In this document: positions 40,507 to 50,905 of the stretch, in pieces
Layout: the number at the start of each line of letters is the position of its first letter
Position numbering within the stretch: the first letter of the stretch is position 1
Assembly (NCBI GenBank): GCA_963662945.1
Contig: OY759974.1
Span: 608,001 to 672,000 of the forward strand
Source of the DNA: Arcobacteraceae bacterium
Lineage (GTDB): Bacteria > Campylobacterota > Campylobacteria > Campylobacterales > Arcobacteraceae
Reading direction: 5' to 3'
DNA: 64,000 nucleotides
The notes under the pieces: model-generated
The model's database searches: none
What the model saw: only the letters and a program-made list of their open reading frames with translations
Told to the model about the DNA's origin: nothing
Made by a program: the position numbers and the translations under genes

Positions 40507-42606
40507 ATGAAATACATCATTAAAAGAGACGGTTCAAAAGAGATATTTCAAGACTATAAAATAGAAGATGCTATTAAAAAAGCTTTTAAAAGTGTCAATA
40601 TATCTTATAACAGAACTATCTTCACTAAAGTTATAGATACTACTGTGGAAAAAAACATTAAAACAGTTGAAGAGATTCAAGACTTAATAGAAAAAACACT
40701 TTTTCAGTATCAATATTTTGATGTAATGAAATCATTTATTACTTATAGGTTTTTACATAAAATGCAACGTGAACATATCTTAGGCCTTGATAAAGATACA
40801 ACTTTTGTCAACTCAAGTGCAAGTGTAGAGGAATATATACATAAAAATGACTGGAGAATAAAAGCAAATGCAAATACTGGCTACTCAAACTCAGGACTAG
40901 TAAATAATCTTGCAGGAAAAGTGATAGCAAACTATTGGCTAGACAAAGTTTATACAAAAGAGGAAGGTTATGCTCATAGAAATGGTGATATTCATATCCA
41001 TGATTTAGATTGTTTAACTGGATATTGTGCTGGTTGGAGTTTAAGACAACTTTTAAATGAAGGGTTTAATGGAGTTCGTGGAAGAGTTGAAAGTGATGCG
41101 CCAAAACATTTTCGTGAAGCTTTGGGACAGATGGCAAACTTTTTGGGAATACTTCAAAGTGAGTGGGCAGGTGCTCAAGCTTTTAGTTCTTTTGATACCT
41201 ATCTTGCTCCTTATATTTTTATGGATGATTTAAGTTATACAGAGATAAAAAAAGCTGTAAGAAGTTTTGTTTACAACCTCAATGTTCCCTCACGTTGGGG
41301 ACAATCTCCTTTTACAAATATCACAATAGACTGGACTGTACCAGATGATTTAAAAGATCAAATACCTACACGATATGATTTCCATCTTTTTAAAAATATC
41401 AATTCTCTTTCTTTAATAGAAAAAGCACATCAAAGAGGAATAAAAAATCTTGAAGATTTAACCTATAAAGATTTTAAACCAGAAATGAATCTAATCAATA
41501 AAGCATACTATGAGATTATGACAGAAGGTGACAAAACAGGACAACCATTTACTTTTCCGATTCCAACAGTAAATATCACTGAAGATTTTGACTGGTATGG
41601 GGAAAACGTCGACATACTCCTAGAAAATAGTGCAAAAATTGGCTCAAGTTATTTTCAAAACTTTATAGGAAGTCAATATATTGTAGATGAAAATGGAGTT
41701 AAAATAGAGAACCTGGAAGCATATAAACCGAATGCTGTACGAAGTATGTGTTGTAGATTGCAACTAGATTTAAGAGAACTTCTAAAAAGAGGAAATGGTC
41801 TGTTTGGCTCAGCTGAAATGACAGGAAGTATTGGAGTTGTTACTCTTAATATGGCAAGAGTTGGGTATCTCTATAAAAATAATAGAATAGAGTTTTTCCA
41901 ACAACTTGAAAGACTTTTAAATATAGCCTATGAAACTTTAGAGAAAAAAAGAGTTGTGATAAATAAACTCTTTTTAGATGGCTTATATCCTTATTCAAAA
42001 CGATATTTAAAAGGATTTAACAATCATTTTTCAACTATAGGAATTAATGGTCTTAATGAAATGATACGAAACTATAGTGATGATACAGATGATATAACTA
42101 CAGATTTTGGAGAAGAATTCTCTTTAGAAATTTTAGATTTTATACGGGGAAAAATCAAATCATTTCAAGAAAAAAGTGGCAACCTCTATAATCTTGAAGC
42201 AACTCCAGCGGAAGGGACAACTTATAGATTTGCAAAAGAGGATAAAAAAAGATATCCAGATATTTTACAAGCAGGATTTGAAGATAAAATATATTATACA
42301 AACTCTTCACAACTCCCAGTTGATTTTACACAAGATCCATTTGAGGCACTTTTAAAACAAGATAAATTTCAAACCAAATATACAGGAGGTACAGTATTGC
42401 ATCTATATATGAATGAAAGATTACATAGCGTTGATTCTACACGAGAGTTTTTAAAAACTGTAATGGAGAATTTTAGATTACCTTATATCACATTAACACC
42501 AATATTTTCAGTATGTCAAAAACATGGATATATCAATGGAGAGCATGAATATTGTCCAAAATGTGACGATGAGATATTACAAAACCACACAAAGGAAGCT
42601 TCATGA
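40507..42606 (+). CDS. nrdD: Anaerobic (class III) ribonucleoside-triphosphate reductase, large part lacking the glycyl-radical loop
   Basis: ATP cone (IIKRDGS), IHIHDL, SMCCRL, NLEATPAEG, ends after CQKHG...CPKC. Confidence 0.95.
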   Translation: MKYIIKRDGSKEIFQDYKIEDAIKKAFKSVNISYNRTIFTKVIDTTVEKNIKTVEEIQDLIEKTLFQYQYFDVMKSFITYRFLHKMQREHILGLDKDTTFVNSSASVEEYIHKNDWRIKANANTGYSNSGLVNNLAGKVIANYWLDKVYTKEEGYAHRNGDIHIHDLDCLTGYCAGWSLRQLLNEGFNGVRGRVESDAPKHFREALGQMANFLGILQSEWAGAQAFSSFDTYLAPYIFMDDLSYTEIKKAVRSFVYNLNVPSRWGQSPFTNITIDWTVPDDLKDQIPTRYDFHLFKNINSLSLIEKAHQRGIKNLEDLTYKDFKPEMNLINKAYYEIMTEGDKTGQPFTFPIPTVNITEDFDWYGENVDILLENSAKIGSSYFQNFIGSQYIVDENGVKIENLEAYKPNAVRSMCCRLQLDLRELLKRGNGLFGSAEMTGSIGVVTLNMARVGYLYKNNRIEFFQQLERLLNIAYETLEKKRVVINKLFLDGLYPYSKRYLKGFNNHFSTIGINGLNEMIRNYSDDTDDITTDFGEEFSLEILDFIRGKIKSFQEKSGNLYNLEATPAEGTTYRFAKEDKKRYPDILQAGFEDKIYYTNSSQLPVDFTQDPFEALLKQDKFQTKYTGGTVLHLYMNERLHSVDSTREFLKTVMENFRLPYITLTPIFSVCQKHGYINGEHEYCPKCDDEILQNHTKEAS

Positions 42607-42767
42607 ATGATAAAAAAATTTTAGAACAAAACAAAGAAAAAAGAACAAAATGTACTGTTTATACAAGAGTTATGGGCTATCATAGACCAGTTGAAAGTTT
42701 TAATGTAGGAAAATATGCAGAGCATAGAGAAAGAAAATATTTTGTGGAAAACAAAGAAAATATTTAA
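42603..42767 (+). CDS. Separate NrdD glycyl-radical domain, 54 aa (absent from ORF track)
   Basis: MNDKKILEQNKEKRTKCTVYTRVMGYHRPVESFNVGKYAEHRERKYFVENKENI; ATGA overlap with nrdD stop; AAGGAAG RBS. Confidence 0.9.
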   Translation: MNDKKILEQNKEKRTKCTVYTRVMGYHRPVESFNVGKYAEHRERKYFVENKENI

Positions 42768-43461
42768 CTCTCTTACACCTTTTACACTTTTAGACTTTAA
42801 CTCATATCCATCTGCTATACTTTGGTTTAGTGGTTGTAATATGAGATGTCCATTTTGTTACAATAAAGATATTGTAGAAAATAGAGGAGAATACTCTTTT
42901 AAAGACTTCAGAACATTTTTAAACATACGACAATCTCTTCTTCAAGGGATTGTTTTATGTGGTGGAGAGCCTACAATTCATCCAGAAATTATAGAGATTG
43001 CAAAAGCATTAAAACAGCTAAACTATAAAATCAAACTCGATACAAATGGACTTAATCCAACTGTAATCAAAAAACTAATAGAAGATAATCTTGTTGATTT
43101 TATAGCACTTGACTTTAAAGCACCAAAATCAAAATTTGCTCAAATCACGAAAACTACAGAAAGTCTTTTTCAAAACTTTCTAGATACTTTAGTACTACTT
43201 ATTAGAAGTAATCAAGATTTTGAGGTGCGAACAACTTTTCATGATACTCTTTTAACTACAAATGATATCTATGAGATTTTAAATATATTAGAAAAATACA
43301 ATTACTATAAAACCTACTACATCCAAAACTTTATGAATAGTACTCAAACAATAGGTAATATAACAAATAAAAATCGTATAAATCTTTCCAAAATTATAGA
43401 TGGTTCACTGTACAACTTTAAGATAGAATATAGAAACTTTGATTTAGGTCAAGGTAATTAA
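42715..43461 (+). CDS. nrdG: Class III RNR activating radical SAM enzyme (start uncertain)
   Basis: GCNMRCPFCYN, GGEPTI, KLDTNG, FEVRTT. Confidence 0.92.
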   Translation: MQSIEKENILWKTKKIFNSLTPFTLLDFNSYPSAILWFSGCNMRCPFCYNKDIVENRGEYSFKDFRTFLNIRQSLLQGIVLCGGEPTIHPEIIEIAKALKQLNYKIKLDTNGLNPTVIKKLIEDNLVDFIALDFKAPKSKFAQITKTTESLFQNFLDTLVLLIRSNQDFEVRTTFHDTLLTTNDIYEILNILEKYNYYKTYYIQNFMNSTQTIGNITNKNRINLSKIIDGSLYNFKIEYRNFDLGQGN

Positions 43462-43479
43462 TCTCAATTAAGATACACT
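43439..43479 (+). promoter_or_regulatory. moeA promoter: box TTGATTTAGGTCAA (inside nrdG 3' end) plus -10 TACACT
   Basis: Box 43439-43452, 21-nt spacer, TACACT 43474-43479. Confidence 0.72.
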
Positions 43480-43504
43480 TATCTTATATTTTACGGAGAT
43501 TAAA

Positions 43505-44722
43505 ATGGGAATTTGTATAAAAAAAGCTTTGGATATTATCTTAGCAAATGTAAAAAAGGTATCTTATGAGATATTACCTATAGAAGATGCAAAAGATAGA
43601 ATTAGTGCAGATACTATCTATGCTACACATAGTTTACCAACTTTCAATAACTCCGCAATGGATGGATATGGGGTAAAGCTCAAAAATACTAGTCAAAAAG
43701 TAAAAGTAATAGACACTATCCTAGCAGGAAATGATAAACAAACCAATATCAATGATGGTGAAGTTATTAAAATTATGACAGGAGCAAGAGTACCTTCAAG
43801 CATAGAAGCGGTTGTCCCTCAAGAATGTGTAGAAATCGTAGATGAAAATTATATTGTTTTACCACCAGATATAAAAAAGAATCAACATTTAAGATTTATA
43901 GGTGAAGATATTAATAAAGGGGAACTGTTATTAAGTGATGGAGATGAGATTAATTATGCTACAGTTACCATATTGGCATCGCAAGGTGTTACACATATCA
44001 AAGTATATAGACAACCAAAAATATCTGTTTTTACCAGTGGAGAAGAGTTAAAACTACACTATGAGAAAATAGAAGATTATCAGATATATAACTCCAATAC
44101 TCCAACACTACTTGCCCGTGCAAAAGAACTAGGTGCAGATGTAACATTTGTAGGTATGGCACAAGATACAATTGAGTCACTTAAAGAGATGATAGAAAAC
44201 TCTTTGTATGCAGATTTTATTATCACAAGTGGAGGTATTAGCGTAGGTGAAGCTGATTTTACACAAGAAGCTTTTGAACATTTTAATATGGAGATACTTT
44301 TTGATGGTATAACTATAAAACCGGGTAAACCTACTCTTTTTGGCAAAATTGGTAAAACTTATATATTAAATCTTCCAGGAAATCCATTAGCAGCTGCTTT
44401 AATCTTTGAAGCTTTTGGAAAAATTATTTTACAAAAACTTAGTGGAAATAAAAATATATATCATAACTATATTGAGACAAAAATATCAGAAGATTTAAAA
44501 AATAAAAAAGGGAGAACAACCATAATTCCAGGTTTTTTTAATGGAAGATATTTTACCCCTGCTCAAAAAAGACTCCCTGGAATGGTTGGTGTTTTACACA
44601 ATTGTAACAGTATGATTGTTTTAGGTAAAAACAATGAATATATTCAAAAAGAAAGTACAGTAAAAGTATTGCCAATAAATTGGAAGTTTTTTACAGATAC
44701 GCAACTAGATTTTTTTAATTAA
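43505..44722 (+). CDS. moeA: Molybdopterin molybdotransferase
   Basis: NSAMDGY, IMTGA, TSGGISVGEAD, IKPGKP, LPGNP. Confidence 0.96.
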   Translation: MGICIKKALDIILANVKKVSYEILPIEDAKDRISADTIYATHSLPTFNNSAMDGYGVKLKNTSQKVKVIDTILAGNDKQTNINDGEVIKIMTGARVPSSIEAVVPQECVEIVDENYIVLPPDIKKNQHLRFIGEDINKGELLLSDGDEINYATVTILASQGVTHIKVYRQPKISVFTSGEELKLHYEKIEDYQIYNSNTPTLLARAKELGADVTFVGMAQDTIESLKEMIENSLYADFIITSGGISVGEADFTQEAFEHFNMEILFDGITIKPGKPTLFGKIGKTYILNLPGNPLAAALIFEAFGKIILQKLSGNKNIYHNYIETKISEDLKNKKGRTTIIPGFFNGRYFTPAQKRLPGMVGVLHNCNSMIVLGKNNEYIQKESTVKVLPINWKFFTDTQLDFFN

Positions 44723-44762
44723 ACTATCTACAATAGTAAAATTGTTCCATATTTTGATGATA

Positions 44763-46286
44763 TTATCTATTTAGAGTTGATTTGTTAGTCTTAATTTCAA
44801 TTAAAAAACAAGCTCCTTTATATTTTTGTTCATTTAATTCAAATTCTTCATTGTAAACTTTTATATTAAATTTATGACGGTCATGTAATATCTTATAAGC
44901 CATAGTAAGACCTATTCCTGTACCAATTAATTGATGTTTTGTCGTAAAATATGGTTCAAATATTCTTTCTATTGCATCAGAATTAATACCTCCACCACTA
45001 TCTAATATTTTAAGTTCTAAAAATTCATCATTGTGTTTTTGAGTCGATATTACAATAAATCTAGTTGAATGTTGTTCTATATTTTCTTTTAGAGAATCTT
45101 TCGCGTTATTTAAAATATTAATTAAAGCTTGAATGAGTTCATTTTTATTTCCATAAATTACAATATCATCTTGCACATCACTTATCAATGTAATAAAACT
45201 ACTTTTTAAAGAAGCATCAATTAAGTTTATTGTCTCATTGATAACTTCTTTCATACTAATATTTGTACACTCTGTATCACCTTTGATAAAATTTCTAAAA
45301 TCATCTATTGTTTTTGAAAGGTAGGTAGTTTGTTGAACAATAAGATCCATCTCTGTTTTAAATTTTTCTTCATCTAATATGCCAAATTCATGTTCTAACT
45401 TTGCTCCACTTGCCGCTGTGGATATAATAGAAAGAGGTTGCCTCCATTGGTGTGCAATATTTCCTATCATTTGTCCCATAGAAACTAACCTTAACTCTTC
45501 TTCCCTTAACTTTAAAGAAGTTACATCTTTTGTTACAACTAAAAACCTTTTTTCATCTGGTAATAAAGAAACACTCATATTTGTTTTTATTCTCTGTTGG
45601 TTTTTAACTACACATGTTTTTTCAAAATTCTCTAAAGGAATTCCCTCCCTAACAGATTTTAATGCTGCTAAACTTTTTTGCCTATCCTCAGGTGCTGTAA
45701 GTTCTAAACAAGATTTTCCCAATAATTCTTCTTTTGTAAAACCTGTCATTTCTAAATATGCATCATTAAATTTTAAAAAATTTGATTCTAAATCTAAAAT
45801 AGCAATACCATCTTTGGAATATTGAAAAATTGTTTCAAACTCTTTTTTACTTTTTTCTAGTTCCGTCATTTTTGAATGTAAAATTTCAACATTGTCTGCC
45901 AATGATTTTTGTAGTTCATCAATTTTTAAATGTGTATACACTCTTCCTAGTAATTCTTCTTTAGAAAAAGGTTTAGAAATATAATCTACTGCACCACAAT
46001 TAAAACCTGTCGCTATACTTTGAGGATCATTTTTTGAAGTTAAAAAAATAAATGAAATATCTGCTGTATTTTTAGTATGAGTTAAATATTTTGCTACTTC
46101 ATATCCATTCATTTCTGGCATCATAACATCTAATAAAATTAAATTTGGCTTTTCTTTAGCAATCATTTCTAAAGCAATTTTTCCACTTGTTGCAATTCTA
46201 ATTTGATAGAGTTCTCCTAATATACCAGCCGCAATATTTATATTTATTGGTTCATCATCTACAATTAAGATACTTTTTTTATTCAT
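44763..46286 (-). CDS. REC-PAS-histidine kinase
   Basis: ILIVDDEP, LDVMMP, PAS, IAHQWRQPL, GTGIGL. Confidence 0.92.
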   Translation of the reverse strand: MNKKSILIVDDEPININIAAGILGELYQIRIATSGKIALEMIAKEKPNLILLDVMMPEMNGYEVAKYLTHTKNTADISFIFLTSKNDPQSIATGFNCGAVDYISKPFSKEELLGRVYTHLKIDELQKSLADNVEILHSKMTELEKSKKEFETIFQYSKDGIAILDLESNFLKFNDAYLEMTGFTKEELLGKSCLELTAPEDRQKSLAALKSVREGIPLENFEKTCVVKNQQRIKTNMSVSLLPDEKRFLVVTKDVTSLKLREEELRLVSMGQMIGNIAHQWRQPLSIISTAASGAKLEHEFGILDEEKFKTEMDLIVQQTTYLSKTIDDFRNFIKGDTECTNISMKEVINETINLIDASLKSSFITLISDVQDDIVIYGNKNELIQALINILNNAKDSLKENIEQHSTRFIVISTQKHNDEFLELKILDSGGGINSDAIERIFEPYFTTKHQLIGTGIGLTMAYKILHDRHKFNIKVYNEEFELNEQKYKGACFLIEIKTNKSTLNR

Positions 46287-49200
46287 TTTAAATCTTTTTC
46301 TATTCTTTTTAATATTATTATTGCATTTTTATAGTCGAAATGTAATAAATAATTTTCCAATTCCTGTGCTGTTTCTTCATTAATAAACATTTTAACTTGA
46401 TCTACTATATTGTGTACTTTCTCTTGAGATATGAAATTTCCTATCTCTATATCTTTTCCTAAATTATCAATAATATTTAATAATTCCTGTTTTGTATAAG
46501 TATACATTGCTGAACTATTTTTCAACTTTGGAACAATATTTCTCTTTATGGTGTCAAGTGCTGATTGCAAACTTTTTTTCAGTAATGGTACTAATTTTTC
46601 TTTATCACTTATTTTTTTACTTGTATAAATCTCTGAACTATATTTAAAAACATCCTGTAAAGATAAATTTCCACTAACCCCTTTTAAATTATGCATTAAG
46701 GAATCAAATTCATTGGAATGAATATCTAATGCTTCTATTTTTTCTATTATATCACTATTATTTTTTAAAAAATCTACCAACACTTCATAAGCTAATTCTT
46801 CATCATTATCAAGCCTATCAAAGAGTTCTTTTAAATCTATACTGGTAATATTTTCTTCAATATTTTTAGTTTTTTCTGTTTCAATAATAGTTAAATCAAT
46901 ATTCAAATACTCTATTAAAATACTTTTTAATTCTTCTAAATTAATAGGTTTTGCAAGATGTTGATTCATACCTTTATTCCGCGTTAATTGAAGTTCTTCT
47001 TTCATTACAGCAGCACTTAATGCTATAATAGGAACATCTTCATTAAACTCTCTTATTCTTGAACTTGCTTCATATCCATCCATAACTGGCATTTGTAAAT
47101 CCATAAAAATAATATCATAATTATTCTCTTTTGCCTTTTCAACAGCGATTTTACCATTGATTGCACAAGTTACTTCCAATCCAAAACTCTCTAAGTTCTT
47201 TTTTGCTACTAATTGATTTATCTCGTTATCTTCTACAAGAAGAACTTTTTTTGAAATCATAAGATTTCCTATATCTATACTTTTGTTCTCTTCCATTAAT
47301 TCTACATTTTGAGAATATTTAAATGAAAGTGTAAAACTAAATTCACTCCCTTTCCCTTCTTCACTTTTAAGTGTAATATCTCCACCCATAAGTTCAACAA
47401 GTTGTTTGGAAATCACGAGCCCTAAGCCTGTTCCCCCATATTCTCTTGTATTTGAAGCATCTGCTTGCGAAAATGATTGAAATAAACCTTTTTGTTTCTC
47501 ACTTGAAATACCAATTCCAGTATCATGAATAGAAAAATACACATCTACATACTCTGAATTTTTTGCCAGTACTTTTATATCTAGATAAACATACCCTTTT
47601 GGAGTAAACTTAATTGCATTACCCACTAGATTGGTTAACACTTGTTTAATTCTAAATTCATCTCCAATAAGTGCATATGGGAAATCATCTATATCATATT
47701 CAAGTACAATATTTTTCTCTTTTGCATTGTATCCAAATAAGTCATTTATGTATTCTGCAATTGAATGAATATAAAATGGCAACTCCTCTAAATCTAGCTT
47801 GTTTGCTTCTATTTTAGAATAATCTAAGATATCATTTATTATTCCTAACAATGTCTTTGAAGATATTATTGATTTTTTTAAATAATCTCTTTGCATATCA
47901 TCTAGTTTTGTTTCTAAAACTAAATTTGTCAATCCAATAATACCATTTAATGGTGTTCTTATTTCGTGACTCATATTTGCCAAAAATGCAGATTTTGTGC
48001 TCAATGCTTTTTCTGCAATCTCTTTTGCTACAATCAATTCTTTTTCTTTTTCTTTAATAAAAGTACTATTGTAATTTGTTCCATAAGCCTTCAAGGCCCT
48101 ACCATTTTCGTCATATTCCACAAAATAATCTACAATAAGATAAACAACCTTACCATCTTTTCTCATTACTTCATACTCAAAACGACCACTGAAAGAACTA
48201 CTATGTTTTTCTAATAAAGATAACTCTTCTTGAATAATGTTATAAGACTCTTTATTAGGTACAAATCTTTTTAAATACTCATCAAGATGAATAGTGTCAC
48301 CACCTTCATCTTCACTTTTTGTACCTAATATTTTAAATGATAATTCATCTAAATGCAGCATCATAGAGTTTAAATCTATTTCCCAAAATGACATTCCTGA
48401 TAAATCAGCAGATGACTCAATCTGGTGACTTCTTTTAACTAGTTGTTCCTCAATAATTCTTTGTTTTGTAATATCAATTCCAACGGTAATAATATACTTC
48501 ATTTTACCATTATCATCTTTTACAAGAGCATTTGACCACTCAAACATTCTTTCTTGATGAAATCGAGACACCCAAGCATTTTGAAAACTTTGAATAATAT
48601 TTCCTTTTTTAGCATTTTCAATAATATCCATAACCTTATCTTGTACTGCACCTGGGAGAAATCTTGCCCAAAAAAATGGTTTTTTTGAAATCTCTTCTTG
48701 AGTATATCCAACAAAATCAGTCCCATACTTATTTATACGTATCATTACACCATTATGATCTATGAGTGCAATAATAGCATTTGTCCTATCAAGAATGTTT
48801 TCTAAAAAGTTTTTCTCAAAAAGAAGTTCTTCATCTAATCTTTTTTTCTCTGTAATATCACTTTGAATTCCAATAAATCTTTGTAACTTATGATTTTCAT
48901 CAAATACAGGCGTCACAGATAGACGATTCCAAAAAGAAGTTCCATCCTTTTTATAATTTAAAATTTCACACTCAAATGGCACCTGATCGACTATATTCTT
49001 TTTAATAAATTCAATAGTTTCTTTATCTGTACCTTCTCCCTGTAGAAGTTTTGGATTTTGACCATAAATATACTTTTGTGTATAGCCTGTAAAGTTTTCA
49101 AATGCTTTGTTAGCGTAGATTACATTTATATTAGTGTCAGTAATTAATATACCTTGAGTAACTTTTTCTAATAATTTATCTTGAAGTAACAAAATTTCAT

Positions 49201-50194
49201 TTCTTCTTTTAATAAGCAATGCAATTAAAATACTACTTAGAAAACCTAAAATAACAACCAATGCAATAGTTCGACCTATTGCATTTATATCCGAAAAAGA
49301 TTCTAATGCTACAATTTCAAAAGTCCATTGGTGCCCATCTAAATCTAATCTCTTTACCATTTTCATAGAATCAAATAACTGTTCACCTTTATTTGAATTA
49401 AATAATAAATTTTTTTCATCTATTTTATGACCATCATATACTTTTAATTGTACTAATTTTAAAGATTCTTCCACTACACCTATCATAAAATCTTTTGTAC
49501 GAAAAGGTGCGTATACAAAACCTTGTATTGCATTAAAACGTTGTTTTGATGTATATAATGGCATATTTTGCTTATATAATGGTAAATACAGTAAAAAGCC
49601 AGACTGTTCATCTTCTCCATTTTCTTGTACGAGTCTGACTTTTCCACTAAGAGATAACAAACCTGTTTCTATAGCATTGTCCATAGCTTTTCTTCGGACT
49701 GATTCTGAATACATGTCATAACCAAAGGCTCTTTGATTTCTCCAGTCAAAAGGTTCAAGATAAATTATTGAAGTATAAAATTCTCTTTTTCCCATTGGGT
49801 ATAGTTTATATGTATCAAATCCTTCTGATTGAATATTTTTAGTATGTTCTTCAATCTCACTTTCTTGTAAAACTACACTGTATCCAACACCCTGAATTCC
49901 TGGGTAATACTTCTTTATTTGAAGTTCATCAATAAAATTTTTCCATTTTTTTCGACTAACATCACCATCAGATACTTTAAATAAAGCTCGACCTCCATAT
50001 AAAACTTCTCGATAAGTATCCATCCTATTTTTTATATGATAAATGATATCTCCAGCAATAAATTCAAATCGTAACTTTTCTTTTTCTTCATTTATTTTAA
50101 AACTATGGTAACCAATATATATACTCATAATAATACCAAACAAAAGTACCAAAAATGGTGCCCTATACATTATTTTGCCCATACTGTATTTCAA
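46283..50194 (-). CDS. CHASE-PAS hybrid histidine kinase with REC and Hpt domains
   Basis: CHASE (YLEPFDWRNQRAFGYDM), PAS repeats, MSHEIRTPLNG, MDLQMP, HNLKGVSGNL. Confidence 0.93.
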   Translation of the reverse strand: MKYSMGKIMYRAPFLVLLFGIIMSIYIGYHSFKINEEKEKLRFEFIAGDIIYHIKNRMDTYREVLYGGRALFKVSDGDVSRKKWKNFIDELQIKKYYPGIQGVGYSVVLQESEIEEHTKNIQSEGFDTYKLYPMGKREFYTSIIYLEPFDWRNQRAFGYDMYSESVRRKAMDNAIETGLLSLSGKVRLVQENGEDEQSGFLLYLPLYKQNMPLYTSKQRFNAIQGFVYAPFRTKDFMIGVVEESLKLVQLKVYDGHKIDEKNLLFNSNKGEQLFDSMKMVKRLDLDGHQWTFEIVALESFSDINAIGRTIALVVILGFLSSILIALLIKRRNEILLLQDKLLEKVTQGILITDTNINVIYANKAFENFTGYTQKYIYGQNPKLLQGEGTDKETIEFIKKNIVDQVPFECEILNYKKDGTSFWNRLSVTPVFDENHKLQRFIGIQSDITEKKRLDEELLFEKNFLENILDRTNAIIALIDHNGVMIRINKYGTDFVGYTQEEISKKPFFWARFLPGAVQDKVMDIIENAKKGNIIQSFQNAWVSRFHQERMFEWSNALVKDDNGKMKYIITVGIDITKQRIIEEQLVKRSHQIESSADLSGMSFWEIDLNSMMLHLDELSFKILGTKSEDEGGDTIHLDEYLKRFVPNKESYNIIQEELSLLEKHSSSFSGRFEYEVMRKDGKVVYLIVDYFVEYDENGRALKAYGTNYNSTFIKEKEKELIVAKEIAEKALSTKSAFLANMSHEIRTPLNGIIGLTNLVLETKLDDMQRDYLKKSIISSKTLLGIINDILDYSKIEANKLDLEELPFYIHSIAEYINDLFGYNAKEKNIVLEYDIDDFPYALIGDEFRIKQVLTNLVGNAIKFTPKGYVYLDIKVLAKNSEYVDVYFSIHDTGIGISSEKQKGLFQSFSQADASNTREYGGTGLGLVISKQLVELMGGDITLKSEEGKGSEFSFTLSFKYSQNVELMEENKSIDIGNLMISKKVLLVEDNEINQLVAKKNLESFGLEVTCAINGKIAVEKAKENNYDIIFMDLQMPVMDGYEASSRIREFNEDVPIIALSAAVMKEELQLTRNKGMNQHLAKPINLEELKSILIEYLNIDLTIIETEKTKNIEENITSIDLKELFDRLDNDEELAYEVLVDFLKNNSDIIEKIEALDIHSNEFDSLMHNLKGVSGNLSLQDVFKYSSEIYTSKKISDKEKLVPLLKKSLQSALDTIKRNIVPKLKNSSAMYTYTKQELLNIIDNLGKDIEIGNFISQEKVHNIVDQVKMFINEETAQELENYLLHFDYKNAIIILKRIEKDLK

Positions 50195-50362
50195 ATCTAT
50201 TATCCTTTGAATTATACTTTTTTTGTAAAAAAATATATAATAATATTATTATTGTATCATATGAGAACTTTATAGTTTCCATCTGAAGAAATTGATAATA
50301 ATCATTTAAAATCTAAGCAAATATAATGTAGAATGGTACAAAAATAAAGGAATATAATAAGA

Positions 50363-50881
50363 ATGAAATTCTTAATCATCGTACTCTGCTTCATTGTAAC
50401 ATCATACGCTAATAACTTAAAAGATATTAACAGTTTTGAAGCATCTTTTAAACAATCTATCATCAATAGTTCTAATAAAGAGATCATATATACAGGAAAA
50501 ATATATATTAAAAAACCTCTAAAAATTTTATGGCAATATAATGAACCAACAGAAAAATTTGTTTATATCACAAGTGACCAAGTAACTATTGTTGAACCAG
50601 AATTAGAACAAGTAATTATCTCAAAACTGGATAAAGAATTTAATATTTTGGAACTTTTGAATAATGCAACAAAAATTTCATCTTCTCAGTATCTTGCTAC
50701 TTTTAATAATATTCAATACAATCTAACTATCATAGATAATAAACTACAACAAATAAGCTATAAAGATATTATAGACAATGATATATTTATCACTTTTTCT
50801 CATGTTTTGCAAAATCAAATAATTCCAGATAAAATCTTCGCATTTCAAATCCCAAAAGAGTATGATATTATTAGAAAATAA
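50363..50881 (+). CDS. lolA: Outer-membrane lipoprotein chaperone LolA
   Basis: SFEASFKQ, IKKPLKILWQY, IVEPELEQV, FAFQIP. Confidence 0.88.
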   Translation: MKFLIIVLCFIVTSYANNLKDINSFEASFKQSIINSSNKEIIYTGKIYIKKPLKILWQYNEPTEKFVYITSDQVTIVEPELEQVIISKLDKEFNILELLNNATKISSSQYLATFNNIQYNLTIIDNKLQQISYKDIIDNDIFITFSHVLQNQIIPDKIFAFQIPKEYDIIRK

Positions 50882-50905
50882 GCTGTTTTTGATATAATAC
50901 TTTTC

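Noticed and set aside
50292-50305. TTGATAATAATCAT upstream of lolA as a 14th box
   Set aside because: Imperfect, very AT-rich, 23-nt spacer and a housekeeping target.
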